A model generated the notes under the pieces. It did not search any database. It was not told the origin of the DNA and saw only the letters and a list, made by a program, of their open reading frames with translations. From Candidatus Bathyarchaeota archaeon (lineage in GTDB: Archaea; Thermoproteota; Bathyarchaeia; 40CM-2-53-6), in contig CAVPLU010000014.1 of NCBI GenBank assembly GCA_963706285.1, forward strand, positions 1 through 64,000: DNA of 64,000 nt, given 5' to 3'. Within the stretch, counting starts at the first letter, position 1. Each line of letters opens with the position of its first letter. Positions 1-10,656 of this stretch are shown here, piece by piece. Made by a program: the position numbers and the translations under genes.

Positions 1-451
1 ATCTCAGCGAGGCGTCGGACTCGATCGCGAGTCTGGTTTCGCGAAATGGTTTGGTGCCTAAGTCGGGCTTGGAATTTGAGAGTTTTTCCAGGAGTGAGGT
101 GGCTAAAGAAAGGTAGGTCTTAGCATCATCACGTCTCACTGTCAAAACATCGGTCTCGTGATAAAGCACATTTCTGATTTCATGAAAGAAAAGAATACTG
201 TCTGCATCTTCGGAAGAGATCGAGTCTGGTGCATTCTCATGAAGAATTCGAACGAGCACTGGAAAACGAATCTCCGCAGAGTTGTGTTTGTTCAGAACTC
301 TCTTCTTTCTGACCAGATAGCTTCGCATGAGGAGCTCGATCGCATTGTCCGTGTGAATAATGGCAAATCGATCATCTATCGGAGTCTGTTTTCGAAAGTG
401 AAGGATCGCTTGGTCGAGGATTTCTCTAGGGCCGCGCAACCAACGATCCAT
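1..451 (-). CDS. HEPN-domain protein (putative RNase/toxin), partial, runs off the window start
   Basis: Manual translation from ATG 451 gives MDRWLRGPREILDQAILHF...DDRFAIIHTDNAIELLMRSYL...ILFFHEIRNVLYHETD..., open to position 1. It has an RxxxxH motif (RNVLYH, 158-175) and a DNAIEL helix. Absent from the ORF track because there is no stop in the window. Confidence 0.75.
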   Translation of the reverse strand, partial: MDRWLRGPREILDQAILHFRKQTPIDDRFAIIHTDNAIELLMRSYLVRKKRVLNKHNSAEIRFPVLVRILHENAPDSISSEDADSILFFHEIRNVLYHETDVLTVRRDDAKTYLSLATSLLEKLSNSKPDLGTKPFRETRLAIESDASLR

Positions 452-1126
452 TTGCCAGCACTGTCAGCAAGGGCGTATATCACGTACCAATGATTCTAAC
501 TCTTGTGGTGGCAGCACTTGCATGTTCCTCTATCGACTTGCGTGACACTCGACTATGGCGACTCGTCGTCGGGTACAGTGGTGGTGTGCACCACTAGACC
601 GGGGATATAGGTGAGGTGGCTTCGGTGGGGGACGTAATATTCTATGTTTTGGACGTGTCACTGCGACGTGATACTCGGGTTTGGCAGGGAAGGTGTCACG
701 TGGAACTCAAGATATTCCACCACTAGAAATCAGATTTCCGCGCCAAGAAATTCACACAAAAATCATCATTATTCACCAAGAAAGAGGAAGCTACCGGGAA
801 TCTTCCATTCTGCCCTGGAATGAAGAAGAAGCGGAAGAAGATTCTCGAGATATCTCTAGTCCTTAGCATAGATTCCTCTTCCTATCTGCGGTCAATTATG
901 CTTATCCTAGGCTGTTTCTGATTCTGTTGTCGGCTTAGTTGTTTCGTATGCTCGTGTATGGTTAGGTGTGTTCTGTTTAGCTTAGTTGTTAGGGAGGCGT
1001 TTTGAAAAAGTGTGTGTGAGTCTCATGGTGCGAGCATCGCAATTTGAACCGTCATAGGAGAGGGGGTTTTTCGTCGTCGCGTATAGCCTAGATAAATGAC
1101 TCAAGTTGCGAAACACGCATTGCGCA

Positions 1127-1234
1127 TCAAGCCCATGCTATGATGCAAATCGAAGGATAGCCTCTCAAATCCATTCCACAGTTGGGACAGAAGTTTGCCT
1201 CCGACCAGTTGCCACAACGCGGACAGAACTTCAA
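1127..1234 (-). CDS. 35-aa double CPxCG zinc-ribbon microprotein (or N-terminal remnant of a larger gene)
   Basis: MKFCPRCGNWSEANFCPNCGMDLRGYPSICIIAWA. TTG start preceded by GAGGAGG. Confidence 0.6.
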   Translation of the reverse strand: MKFCPRCGNWSEANFCPNCGMDLRGYPSICIIAWA

Positions 1235-1641
1235 GATGCGCCTCCTCAACCACCATCTTCTTCTGATTCTATGTTGGCGCCAAGATTTGAACACTTTCGG
1301 GAGAAATAGTTCTGTGTGCGCACGAGGCTACCCTTACCCAAAATCAAGAGTTCAGGAACTTCAGTGCTAGGGTCTGCTGAAATCAGGGGGATTCTCTCAT
1401 TGGAACGACGTATAGAGGTGCATATCGTGCCCTGCCTATCCTCCAGTATTCTACTCTCAGTATGCTTCAGAATGCCATGTAGACTTTGTGCGTTTGACCT
1501 GGCACTTGTCCGCTCACCTTCCAGAGAGAAAGGCAGCGGACGATTATGGGGAAGATAGCTACTATCACGAAAGACTTAGAGGGTGGACCAACGGGACTTC
1601 TCCGCTCTCACATAAGTCTAGTCCAAAAATGTGAAAACGAA

Positions 1642-2625
1642 ATGGCTGAGACTCTCATTATCGAGACGAAAGGGCTTCGAAAAACATTCACCTCCAAAAC
1701 GAGAAACGGCAAGAAAGAAGTGGAAGCGGTCAGGGGCGTAGATCTTGCTGTCAAAAAGGGCGAAATCTTCGGGTTTCTCGGTCCCAACGGCGCTGGAAAA
1801 TCAACAACGCAAAGAATGCTGTCAACATTGCTACCCCCCACCGGCGGAGAGGCAAAGGTACTCGGCTATGACCTGACAAAACAACAAGAACAGATAAGAC
1901 AAAACATTGGATACGTTGGTCAGACAGGCGGAACCGACCCAGCCGCTACCGGTTTCGAGAACCTCATCTTACAAGCACAACTCTACGGTCTGGACATTCA
2001 TACCGCAAGAAAATACGCCCGGGAAATCGTCGAGCGCTTTCAAATGGGATCATTCATTGAAAGACAAGCTTCGACCTATTCGGGCGGTCAAAAGCGCAGA
2101 CTGGACGTTGCCCTCGGCATGATTCACCAGCCAAAGTTGCTCCTCCTCGACGAACCAACCTCCGGGCTTGACCCACAAAGCAGGGCCTATTTGTGGGACG
2201 AGATCAAGAAACTGAAAGCAGAAGGGATCACCATATTCCTATCCACCCAATACATGGACGAGGCGGACAAGCTGTGCGACACTATATCGATAATAGACAA
2301 CGGTAAAATCATAGTCAAGGGAACGCCAACTGAGTTAAAGAGCGCCATTGGCGCTGACACTGTAGTTATTGGTTTTCACGACGGAAAGACTGCCAGCAGC
2401 GCGGAAAACTTACTGGCAGGGAAAATCCGCGCGGAAAAGATCCAAACCACCAACAACCGCGTCTACCTGTCCATCAAAGATGGAGAAAGAATGATGCCGG
2501 AACTGCTTAGGTTGCTCGACTCAAACAACCTGGAGGCACAAAACATTACGCTTTCTAGGCCGAGTCTCGACGATGTCTTCCTGAAGTACACGGGTCGCTC
2601 GCTCAGGGAGGACGATAACCAATGA
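1642..2625 (+). CDS. ABC-2 exporter ATP-binding subunit (DrrA-like)
   Basis: Walker A GPNGAGKS, signature YSGGQ, LLLDEPT, C-terminal PSLDDVF. Likely start ATG 1642. Confidence 0.93.
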   Translation: MAETLIIETKGLRKTFTSKTRNGKKEVEAVRGVDLAVKKGEIFGFLGPNGAGKSTTQRMLSTLLPPTGGEAKVLGYDLTKQQEQIRQNIGYVGQTGGTDPAATGFENLILQAQLYGLDIHTARKYAREIVERFQMGSFIERQASTYSGGQKRRLDVALGMIHQPKLLLLDEPTSGLDPQSRAYLWDEIKKLKAEGITIFLSTQYMDEADKLCDTISIIDNGKIIVKGTPTELKSAIGADTVVIGFHDGKTASSAENLLAGKIRAEKIQTTNNRVYLSIKDGERMMPELLRLLDSNNLEAQNITLSRPSLDDVFLKYTGRSLREDDNQ

Positions 2626-3383
2626 GAATCCTACGTGATACAAAACTGATGTTCGTAAGAAACATGCAGCATACGCTCAGGAATCCGATTTTCATTTTGG
2701 TAAGCATGTTCCAACCGATGCTGTACCTCTTTCTGTTCATGCCGCTTCTTGAAAACCTTGGAGGCGTGCCTGGTTTACCCGCAGGAAAAACGGTTGACAT
2801 TTTCATACCGGGACTTCTGGTGATGCTTGCGCTTTTCGGCTCTGCATTCGTTGGATTCTCCCTCATCGATGAGCTTCGAACTGGAGTAATAGAGAGATTC
2901 TTGGTCACACCAGTCAAGAGGTCCTCAATCCTGTTGGGCAGGGTTCTGAGGGATGCTTCGGTGCTTGTCGCACAATGCGTTCTAATCACGTTGGTGGCGA
3001 TTCCCTTCGGACTTAGCGTCAACGTGGCGGGATTCCTACTCTCTCTAGTACTGTACGGCCTGATCGGGATCACCATGGCTTCGATGTCGTACTCATTCGC
3101 GCTCATCTACAAAAGCGAGGACAACCTCGCACCCACCCTTAACACCATCACGCTACCAATCTCACTTCTATCAGGCATAATTCTCCCGCTCATACTAGCC
3201 CCCATCTGGCTCCAAAATGTAGCAAAGATCAATCCCTTCTCCTACGCTGTAAACGCCTCCCGCGCACTATTCGCCGGAAACTTCCAAAGCATCGATATAA
3301 TCGAAGGATTCGTCATCATTGCATTGCTCGCAATCCTCATGTTCTCGTGGTCACTGAGCTCGCTGAAGAAAATTGAATCCTAA
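2622..3383 (+). CDS. ABC-2 type permease (DrrB-like)
   Basis: Several hydrophobic segments, NPFSY motif, ATGA overlap with the ATPase gene. Confidence 0.92.
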   Translation: MRILRDTKLMFVRNMQHTLRNPIFILVSMFQPMLYLFLFMPLLENLGGVPGLPAGKTVDIFIPGLLVMLALFGSAFVGFSLIDELRTGVIERFLVTPVKRSSILLGRVLRDASVLVAQCVLITLVAIPFGLSVNVAGFLLSLVLYGLIGITMASMSYSFALIYKSEDNLAPTLNTITLPISLLSGIILPLILAPIWLQNVAKINPFSYAVNASRALFAGNFQSIDIIEGFVIIALLAILMFSWSLSSLKKIES

Positions 3384-3453
3384 CTGAAGAGAACGGATCA
3401 TCCACAAAAAGAGTGGAAAATCGGGCTAGAACCCGAATAGGAAGAATGCTGCC

Positions 3454-4017
3454 ATGAGTCTTCATTATGAGACTAGGGAGCTGTCTCCTTCAACTTGGGT
3501 TGATTTTGAAAGGTTATTCGAGAAGCATGGTGGCGTGCAGGGTGGTTGCTGGTGCATGTTCTATCACGTAGCGAAAGGTTGGAGGGATAAGAATCGAGCA
3601 CAGAACAAAACCGACAAACATGCACTAGTGATGCACGGGAAAGCGCACGGAGTGATCGTGTATCACGGCAGAAAACCTGTTGGTTGGTGCCAGTTCGGTC
3701 CAAGCGAGGAATTGCCACGTATCGAGAACATTAAGGACTACAAACCCACGCACCAGGGGAATCTCTGGAGGATAACCTGTTTCTTCACTGACCGCGATCA
3801 CAGGAGGAAAGGCGTGGCAAGAGCGGCTTTGGAGGGCGCTCTTCATTACATGAAACAGCACGGCGCGGAAGTGGTTGAAGCCTACCCGGTAGATCCTAGG
3901 AAGAGGCATTCATCAAATCTGCTTTGGAACGGAACCCCAGATCTCTTCAATTCCATGGGCTTCACCAAAGAACACAAGCTGGGCAGCGAACGATGGATCT
4001 TCAAGAAGACCCTGTGA
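3454..4017 (+). CDS. GNAT N-acetyltransferase
   Basis: GGCWCM N-terminal motif, CFF..RRKGVA acetyl-CoA motif, VEAYP. Confidence 0.88.
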   Translation: MSLHYETRELSPSTWVDFERLFEKHGGVQGGCWCMFYHVAKGWRDKNRAQNKTDKHALVMHGKAHGVIVYHGRKPVGWCQFGPSEELPRIENIKDYKPTHQGNLWRITCFFTDRDHRRKGVARAALEGALHYMKQHGAEVVEAYPVDPRKRHSSNLLWNGTPDLFNSMGFTKEHKLGSERWIFKKTL

Positions 4018-4141
4018 GGAAATCTCACGAGACAATTTTCTTGCCACCCGAGTCTCGACGTGCGCGTCGATAGTCTCAACGGAATGAGTTCGCCAGCTCG
4101 TTGCGTTCGCTCCTAAAACATGGATGTGGGAGAGAGTTCGT

Positions 4142-5412
4142 CTACTCGTACTTCAAGGCGACCACCGCGTTCATCCTTGATGCTCGCCAAGCTGGGTAAA
4201 GTCCTGCCAATACTGCGATTCCGATTGGGAAAATCAGCGAGAAAGCGATCAGTTCCGGCGAGAACACAGGAGTGAATGTTGTGCTGGTTGAACTGGTTCT
4301 GCTAGCTTGTCCGGGAGGTCCTCCGCCCATGCCAAATCCGCTAAGACCAGATAGGGAACCGCCTATCATGAAAGACAGGACATAGCCGAGTATGGTGCCT
4401 CCGATTCCGCCGACGATGCCGCTTAGGGTTGCCTCTGCGAGGAACATTCCCATGATTTGTCCGGGCCTGTATCCTATGGCTTTCAGAATGCCTATCTCTC
4501 TTGTTCTCTCCATCACCGACACGAACATAGTGTTAGTTATCCCAACCGCGGCAACGAACAACGATACAGCGCCTATGCTTCCCAGAAACACGGTCAACTG
4601 TGACGTGATGGACTCAACGCTTGATACCATAGAACCCGCGTTCATCACTCGAACCTGCGTACCGTAGTAGCTCTCTATCTCTTGTTGGACGGTTGTCACA
4701 TCTCCAGCAGTATCTGTCATGACGTAGAGTCCGCTGAAGTATTGTGTCTTAAGGAGAATCTCAGCGGATTGTAAGGAGATGAAGACTGTCTCATCAATAT
4801 TCGAGAATAGTACTTGGCCATACTCCGAGAAGATTCCTTTTGCCAAGAAAGTGAGGGTAGTGCTCGTTCGACCTGAAATAGTGGTTGTGATCATTTGATT
4901 AGTGGTCAATTGATCAGTGGATCCCGTTGGAAACGCGATCGAGTAACCTACAGCGGCTGCGCTCGGATCATTCGAGTCAGGCAGACTACCGCTATAGAGG
5001 CTCAAACCCTTGTACATCGATGATAAGGCGCTTGTATCAACGCCTATGAGCGTCTCCTGAAATTGAATTACTCCCGTATGCGAATGTGGCGCGTTGGCTG
5101 TAGTATGGGATGACATTCGAGACGCCTTGAAATGTCTTTATCGTGTTCACATCTTGTGAGGTGAGTCTGTAGCTTTGCGTGCTACTGCTCGCCCCCAGGA
5201 GCGAAGAACCCGCCAGCTGAGCTGACAGTAAGGGTATTGGCTCCAATCTTGCCAACTTGAGCTTGGATTCCTGTGCTTAGACCACTTGAGCTGGCGATGA
5301 GAGCGAGGATTATTGCCGAGCCAATCATGATTCCAAGAATTGTGAGAAAGCTTCGCACTTTCCTGTCACGAAGTGCTTTGAACGCGAGTTTGAATACGTC
5401 TAACGCACGCAT
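4142..5412 (-). CDS. MacB/FtsX-family ABC permease, split by two apparent +1 frameshifts (~5190, ~5055)
   Basis: N-terminal RSFLTILGIMIG, periplasmic domain, C-terminal ERTREIGILKAIG and YPAWRAS..AL. The three ORF pieces join in order. Confidence 0.85.
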
Positions 5413-5417
5413 TTAGA

Positions 5418-6155
5418 TCACAATCTTGCATACGAATCGATTCGCTGAAGGTATTGTTCCTTCTCGATCAAACCATCTTTGAATGTAATCACTCGATGGG
5501 TCATGTTGGCAACATCTGGGTTGTGTGTCACCAGGATGAACGTTGTACTCAGTGTCTTGTTGACTTGAATGATGTAGTTGAGAATCTCCTGAGTAGTCTT
5601 GGAGTCGACGTTTCCAGTTGGTTCGTCACCAAGAACGAGAGCAGGTTGAGTGACCAGTGCTCTAGCGATGGCTACGCGTTGTTGCTCTCCGCCGCTAAGC
5701 TCGGTCGGGCGCTTGTTCGCTTTCTGGGCAAGTCCAACTGCACTCAACATCTTCAAGGATCTGCTTTTGCGCATTTTTTCAGGGACTCCTCTTGCGATGA
5801 GAGGCATCTCAACATTCTCGATTGAGGTAAGCCGTTGAATCAGGTTGAAGGATTGGTAGACGAATCCTATCCTAAGATTTCGAAGAAGGGCGAGCTTATC
5901 CTCGTTCAGCTTCCTCAAGTCAACGCCGTCGATGATCACGCGTCCTGAGGTAGGCGGATCAAGAGCGCCAATCAGATTAAGAAAGGTGGATTTCCCGCTA
6001 CCTGAAGGTCCCACAACCGATACAAGCTCGCCTTTAGGTATCTTGAGGCTCACGCCCTTAAGTGCTGGATAGTCAACGTGTCCCACGCGGTAAACTCTCG
6101 TGACATCAACAGTCTGAACTGCAAAGCCGGCGCGCGATGGCAATTCTCTCAACAC
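5418..6155 (-). CDS. ABC ATP-binding protein (LolD/MacB-like)
   Basis: GPSGSGKS, LSGGEQQRVAIARAL, DEPTGN, VTH. Confidence 0.93.
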   Translation of the reverse strand: MLRELPSRAGFAVQTVDVTRVYRVGHVDYPALKGVSLKIPKGELVSVVGPSGSGKSTFLNLIGALDPPTSGRVIIDGVDLRKLNEDKLALLRNLRIGFVYQSFNLIQRLTSIENVEMPLIARGVPEKMRKSRSLKMLSAVGLAQKANKRPTELSGGEQQRVAIARALVTQPALVLGDEPTGNVDSKTTQEILNYIIQVNKTLSTTFILVTHNPDVANMTHRVITFKDGLIEKEQYLQRIDSYARL

Positions 6156-6158
6156 CGA

Positions 6159-7122
6159 CTATGATCCAAATCTTGAGGCGCAGATGCCTTCTGAGAACAC
6201 TGTGGACAGCTGAAATGGCACAGGTAAATTCTGCGAACCGAAGAACAGTCCAAAGAGTAGACGCAAGATCTCGAGAATCGTTCCCGTGAGCCCACTAGCT
6301 CCCGGTTGAGGCCCGATCGGTGGTTGCACGACTGGTTTTTTGATTTGGATTCGGGATGTTTGTTGGACGCTGTATGGTGAAGCTGGGTTGTTTGTGTCGA
6401 TTGCGGTTACCTTGATTGTGATCGAGTAGTTTCCTTCGGCGAGGGTCTTCTTGAAGTTGATTAGGAGGCTGAATGGTCTAGGTATGTTGGGATCAATTTC
6501 ACCCAAGAATAGGCTTGAGACGCTGGTTGACGCTAACGCGTCTGACTTGACTGTTACGTTCGCGTTGTATGCGGCTAGGTTTCCGCTGTTGAGGAGGTTT
6601 CCCGGAGATTGTTGCGTTGCCGCCAGGCACGGCAGCCGTCACCGTCACTTGCACACCGTATAGCATCAAGCTGATCCAGCCGCGAACTGAGAAGCTAACC
6701 TGATGAGTCTCGGTAGTGTAGGATATGTCACCAAGCTCTCGATAGTTCACGGTAATTGTGCCCTGATATGAACTGCCGATCGCTGAGATGGGCGCGTAGA
6801 CTTGAAGACTAATGGTGACAGACTGCTTCAACTCGATCGTGCCGTAGTGCCAATGGTTATCTCCGAACATTTGTAGCGGAGTAGGCAACGATACAGCGAC
6901 GTCCACATCGTAAATCGCTGAGGATGGATACACGTTCCCCGAAAAGTAGCTGTTCGTGACCGTTATCGTGACATTGTTATTGAAACCTGCAGTTAACGTC
7001 TGACCAGTAACGGTTACGGTCAATTGTGTAGCACTCTGACCCTCAGCAACGCCAATCGGCGCACACATCAGAAACGCAACAAAAGCGAAAATCGCACGTT
7101 TTCGGAGCATGACAGTGTTCAT
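6159..7122 (-). CDS. Secreted COG1361/CARDB-like S-layer-associated protein, one apparent frameshift at ~6600
   Basis: Signal peptide and two Ig-like repeats. Removing one base in GGGAAA restores ISGNLLNSGNLAAYNANV. C-terminal hydrophobic segment, and the position before an ABC ATPase/permease pair is typical. Confidence 0.7.
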
Positions 7123-7334
7123 CTTGTTTTCATCTTCCTAGCTTGTCGAGTGTCGGATCCGTCAGGACGCCTAATGTTACGCCCGCAAACAATTCCGGCA
7201 GCTTCGCCAAGGGCCAACGCGCGGGCTACATTTTGCTCTTTTTCAGAATTCGTCCAGAATCTCTTCAAGAAGTGAAGGCAGGATTCAGCTCTATCCACAA
7301 TAGGAAAGCAAGGGGAAGAATTGGGTAGAATTCT

Positions 7335-7350
7335 GAAAAACCGATTTAAA
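7335..7350 (+). promoter_or_regulatory. Archaeal BRE/TATA promoter
   Basis: GAAAAACCGA followed by TTTAAA (7345-7350), about 36 nt before ATG 7386. Confidence 0.55.
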
Positions 7351-7385
7351 CAGTGGCCGTGGAGGTTGGCCGAGCAGCGGAGACC

Positions 7386-7817
7386 ATGCCTGAGATACCC
7401 ATCATATTGCCCATGATCATCCTCGGTTTGGCAGTCGGTTCGATAGTCAAATCCAAAAGCTCGAAGATCTCAAAAAAGAAGCTGTCCTCCGCGAGTCTAG
7501 CAGCGGGCTTGTCAAACTCCATCCACGCATACCTGCTCTACTCGCTGACGCCCACTCAGGTTGCTCCCCGCGGAACGGTGGTTTCGACGACGGGAACATT
7601 TACTCCACCAACAACTGGGGCACTCCCTCTGGTAGGTGTCGCCGCAACATCAGAAGTGTCGTTCATTGCAGCATCGTTTCTTGCTGCTTTCTTTGCGGTT
7701 TTTCTAGTTCTTGGGATTGCGGCACTGTATGCTCGACCAGGTAAAGGTGAGGAATTCCAAGAGGCCTCTGAGGCGACTTCTGAGACCTCAGAAGAAGCTG
7801 CGCTCATGCCGAGTTAG
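7386..7817 (+). CDS. Hypothetical membrane protein (about 3 TM, acidic tail)
   Basis: Hydrophobic segments, upstream TATA box, likely start MPEIPII. Confidence 0.65.
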   Translation: MPEIPIILPMIILGLAVGSIVKSKSSKISKKKLSSASLAAGLSNSIHAYLLYSLTPTQVAPRGTVVSTTGTFTPPTTGALPLVGVAATSEVSFIAASFLAAFFAVFLVLGIAALYARPGKGEEFQEASEATSETSEEAALMPS

Positions 7818-7867
7818 TTCGATGTCATGTGGATTCTGATTGCTCAAAATCTTTCAGCGGATTGAAG

Positions 7868-10532
7868 ATGAGTTGTTCTAAGCGACTACTGCTTATGATG
7901 TTCTTGCTGATCATTGCAGCCGGTTGCATCGCTGAAGATGCCTCAGCAAATCCGGTTGGCCAGGCTAAGGTGCAGATGTCTCCTGGAAAGTATGCCCACT
8001 ATCTAGGCACGTCTGAGAGTGTGGTCAAGCTGGATTATCCGAAGGGTGCCATACTGCAGAATGCAACAGGCGACATCTCTCTAAACGTCACGTTAAGCGA
8101 GGTTGTGTCTTCGATTGTGGTGTATGTGCCGCCTGAGTTTGGTTTTCAGGAGTCAGGCACTGTGAGCGTGTGGACGAGTATAACGAATGATTATGGTCGC
8201 ATATCGATTGGGAGGCAGGGCTCAAGGGATGCTATCGCGCCTGGCTGGTGGAGGATAGTTGTCGAAAACGGTACTATTCCGATCGGTAGCTACTTCATAA
8301 GATTGTTTGATGTTGTAGCTCCCAGTGTGTGCGGTAGATACTTCGTTAAGGTCTTCACGGGTGGGCACTCGATAGGTGCAGAGAATTTTCCGACGGTTGT
8401 TGTGAAGTGTGATTTGGATCCAGCGTACATTTCTGGTCGCGTGATGAATGGGACGCGAGGAATGTACGCTGAGCCTGTTGATGTGTCAGGTAGGGTTATC
8501 GCGGAAGGTATGACTAGGCAGGGTAGAACGATCGTCGCGCAGGCTTACTTCAATGCTTCCGCGAATGGTGCCTACACTATCTATGGCCTCGCGGCGGGAA
8601 CGTACACGTTGAATGTTTCAGCGGATGGCTTCACTCCAGTAGAGGTGACTGAGAGGGTTACTGTTTCTACTGGTCAATCGTTGGAGGGCATCGACATCTA
8701 CCTGCATCCAAGCGCGACAGTATCTGGTCTCATCACTTCGAAATGTGTTAGCGGGCCAGTTGCTTGGGGTAGTGTGTCTAATTCGTCGCTGATCACGATA
8801 GAATTGTCGGATTATTCTGGCGGTCTTGTGGTTTCTGTAACTGGTAGAACTGATCCGTTGCTTTCGTATTATCATTTCATGTTGAATGGGTCGGTGGGGT
8901 TGGATGGTCATGTTCCGCAGGATTATGCGGATTATGTGTCGGGTTTCGCGTTTGGGGATTATGTTGTGAATGCTCGTGTGAATGGGTATTATCAGAAGGA
9001 TGTGGTTCGTGTTCACGTGTTTGATTATTCGCGTGAGATTGTGGTTCCTCTGGATTTGTGGGGGAGCGGCTCGTTTGATGTTACGGTGCATTTCCGTTAT
9101 TCTGTGGGCGGCGATTTTGCTCCTGTGCCGAATGGTGGCATATTGAGGGTTAGTGTGTATGCTGCTGATGGATCGCTTGGGGGTTCGTATGGTACTCCTG
9201 TGGGTGCGGGTGACATCACCGGGAGTGTGATGGTTGGGGTTTCTGGTTCAAGAGGGGTTTACGGCCCGCCTACTGGAGTGTATGTGATTCAGGCTTCTTT
9301 TCCTGGGTACGTGCAGACAACGCTTGTTCAAGCTGCGATTGGGGGAGGCTGCACGGTGGTTAGTCTCAGTTACGATTTGGTTAGGGCGGGCAGTCTACTC
9401 ATTGCTTTGCGATCGGTGAATTGGCAGACTCCGCCATTAGAAGTCGCTTGGTTGTATCCTAATGCGCCTGTCAGGTTCGAGTTGATAGGCTCCGCTGGAG
9501 TACTCTATACTGCAAACGGAAGGCAGAATGGTGCGGGCACTGTAAGTATTACAGGAATGGTACGCGCACGTAAATTTCGTCAATGTGACAGGTCTACTTC
9601 CTGACCGGTATCTCTTGAGGGCTTACACGGTCGGTTACCTCCAGGCCAGGGAGTATACGGTTGTGGTGTCGCTTGGAAGCATAAGCGACATGAAGATGGA
9701 TTTGCTGACGGGTACACGAATTAATCTCATATTGACGTTTAGGACGGAGGGTCTAATCGCGCCCATAGATACGACGCCCTACAAGTGGATGCAACCACCA
9801 GTACGAATCGAGCTTTATGACACTCACGGGATTCTCGTAGCTGCGAATGCGACACGGATCCCTGCCAACTCGACGGTTTGGACGGCCGGCTTCCGAAACT
9901 ACGCGGGGAATCCTGCCTTGAGGTGGGTGAACTTCTATGATACCACGGACCGTCAATTGCAGAAGGACTACGGCCTACCTCCTGGATCATATCGGGTTGT
10001 GGTATGGGTGCCTGGTTACTCGCAGATTGAGACATTAACCGTTACAACAACTGCAGAAAGCATAGTGACTGTCCCGGTAAGCTTCGAGAAGCTAAGCCGC
10101 GTATTCGGAAACATCCTCGGATTCAACATGTACGGAGACTTGATCCCAATTTCCTGGGCCACAGTGACGGCTTATGGTCCCGTGGAGGCTTATACAAGCT
10201 CCCTGGACGGCTTCTATCAGATGTGGCTACCGAACGGAGAATACACGCTGGCCGCGGCGTCTCCGGGATACGAGACTCAAGGAGCTGAAATCCATGTGTC
10301 CATGGCTTGGGAATTGCCTGCAGACCTTGACTTGAAAGCCCCGGGCGGCACAATCCCAGAGCTAACCGCTGCCGAATTGACATTACCTACAGTTCTGATA
10401 GTGGTTTGTTTGTCGTTGTATCGCGCGAAGTCTCCTAGCGACTCATCAATGGTCACTCATTGCGAAGGTAACGAGAATGTCCCAAAAGAACAAGAGAAGG
10501 ACTGTTTCTGCAGTGATGTGTGTGATCACTAA
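7868..10532 (+). CDS. Large secreted surface protein with carboxypeptidase-regulatory-like/prealbumin-fold repeats and an IPE-TM anchor, one apparent frameshift at ~9557
   Basis: Signal peptide and repeated GL.xG.Y.l.a...GY motifs. The frames join as ...WYAHVNFVNVTGLLPDRY. C-terminal GTIPEL + hydrophobic helix + YRAK. Confidence 0.75.
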
Positions 10533-10656
10533 GGTCAATGACGATATCTCAGTGGGACAATACGCAACACAATTCACGGAAGACATATAATCGCCGGAAT
10601 GAGTCACACCTCATTGAAACCTAGCACCAGAGCGATCCCACAAGGCCAGACCCAAC

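Noticed and set aside
158-493. 111-aa + strand ORF from the track
   Set aside because: It is the antisense shadow of the HEPN gene and has no recognisable motifs.
1026-1050. Possible tRNA gene
   Set aside because: Only the 3'-end spacing fits. The T-stem does not pair and no D or anticodon arm is present. Kept only as a repeat/att-like finding.
716-1535. ORB-like sequences (CCACTAGAAATCAG ~720, TCTGCTGAAATCAGGGGG 1373-1390, TTCCAGAGAGAAAGG ~1519) suggesting a replication origin
   Set aside because: Only one has a G-string, the matches are loose, there is no inverted ORB pair around an AT-rich element and no cdc6/orc1 in the window.
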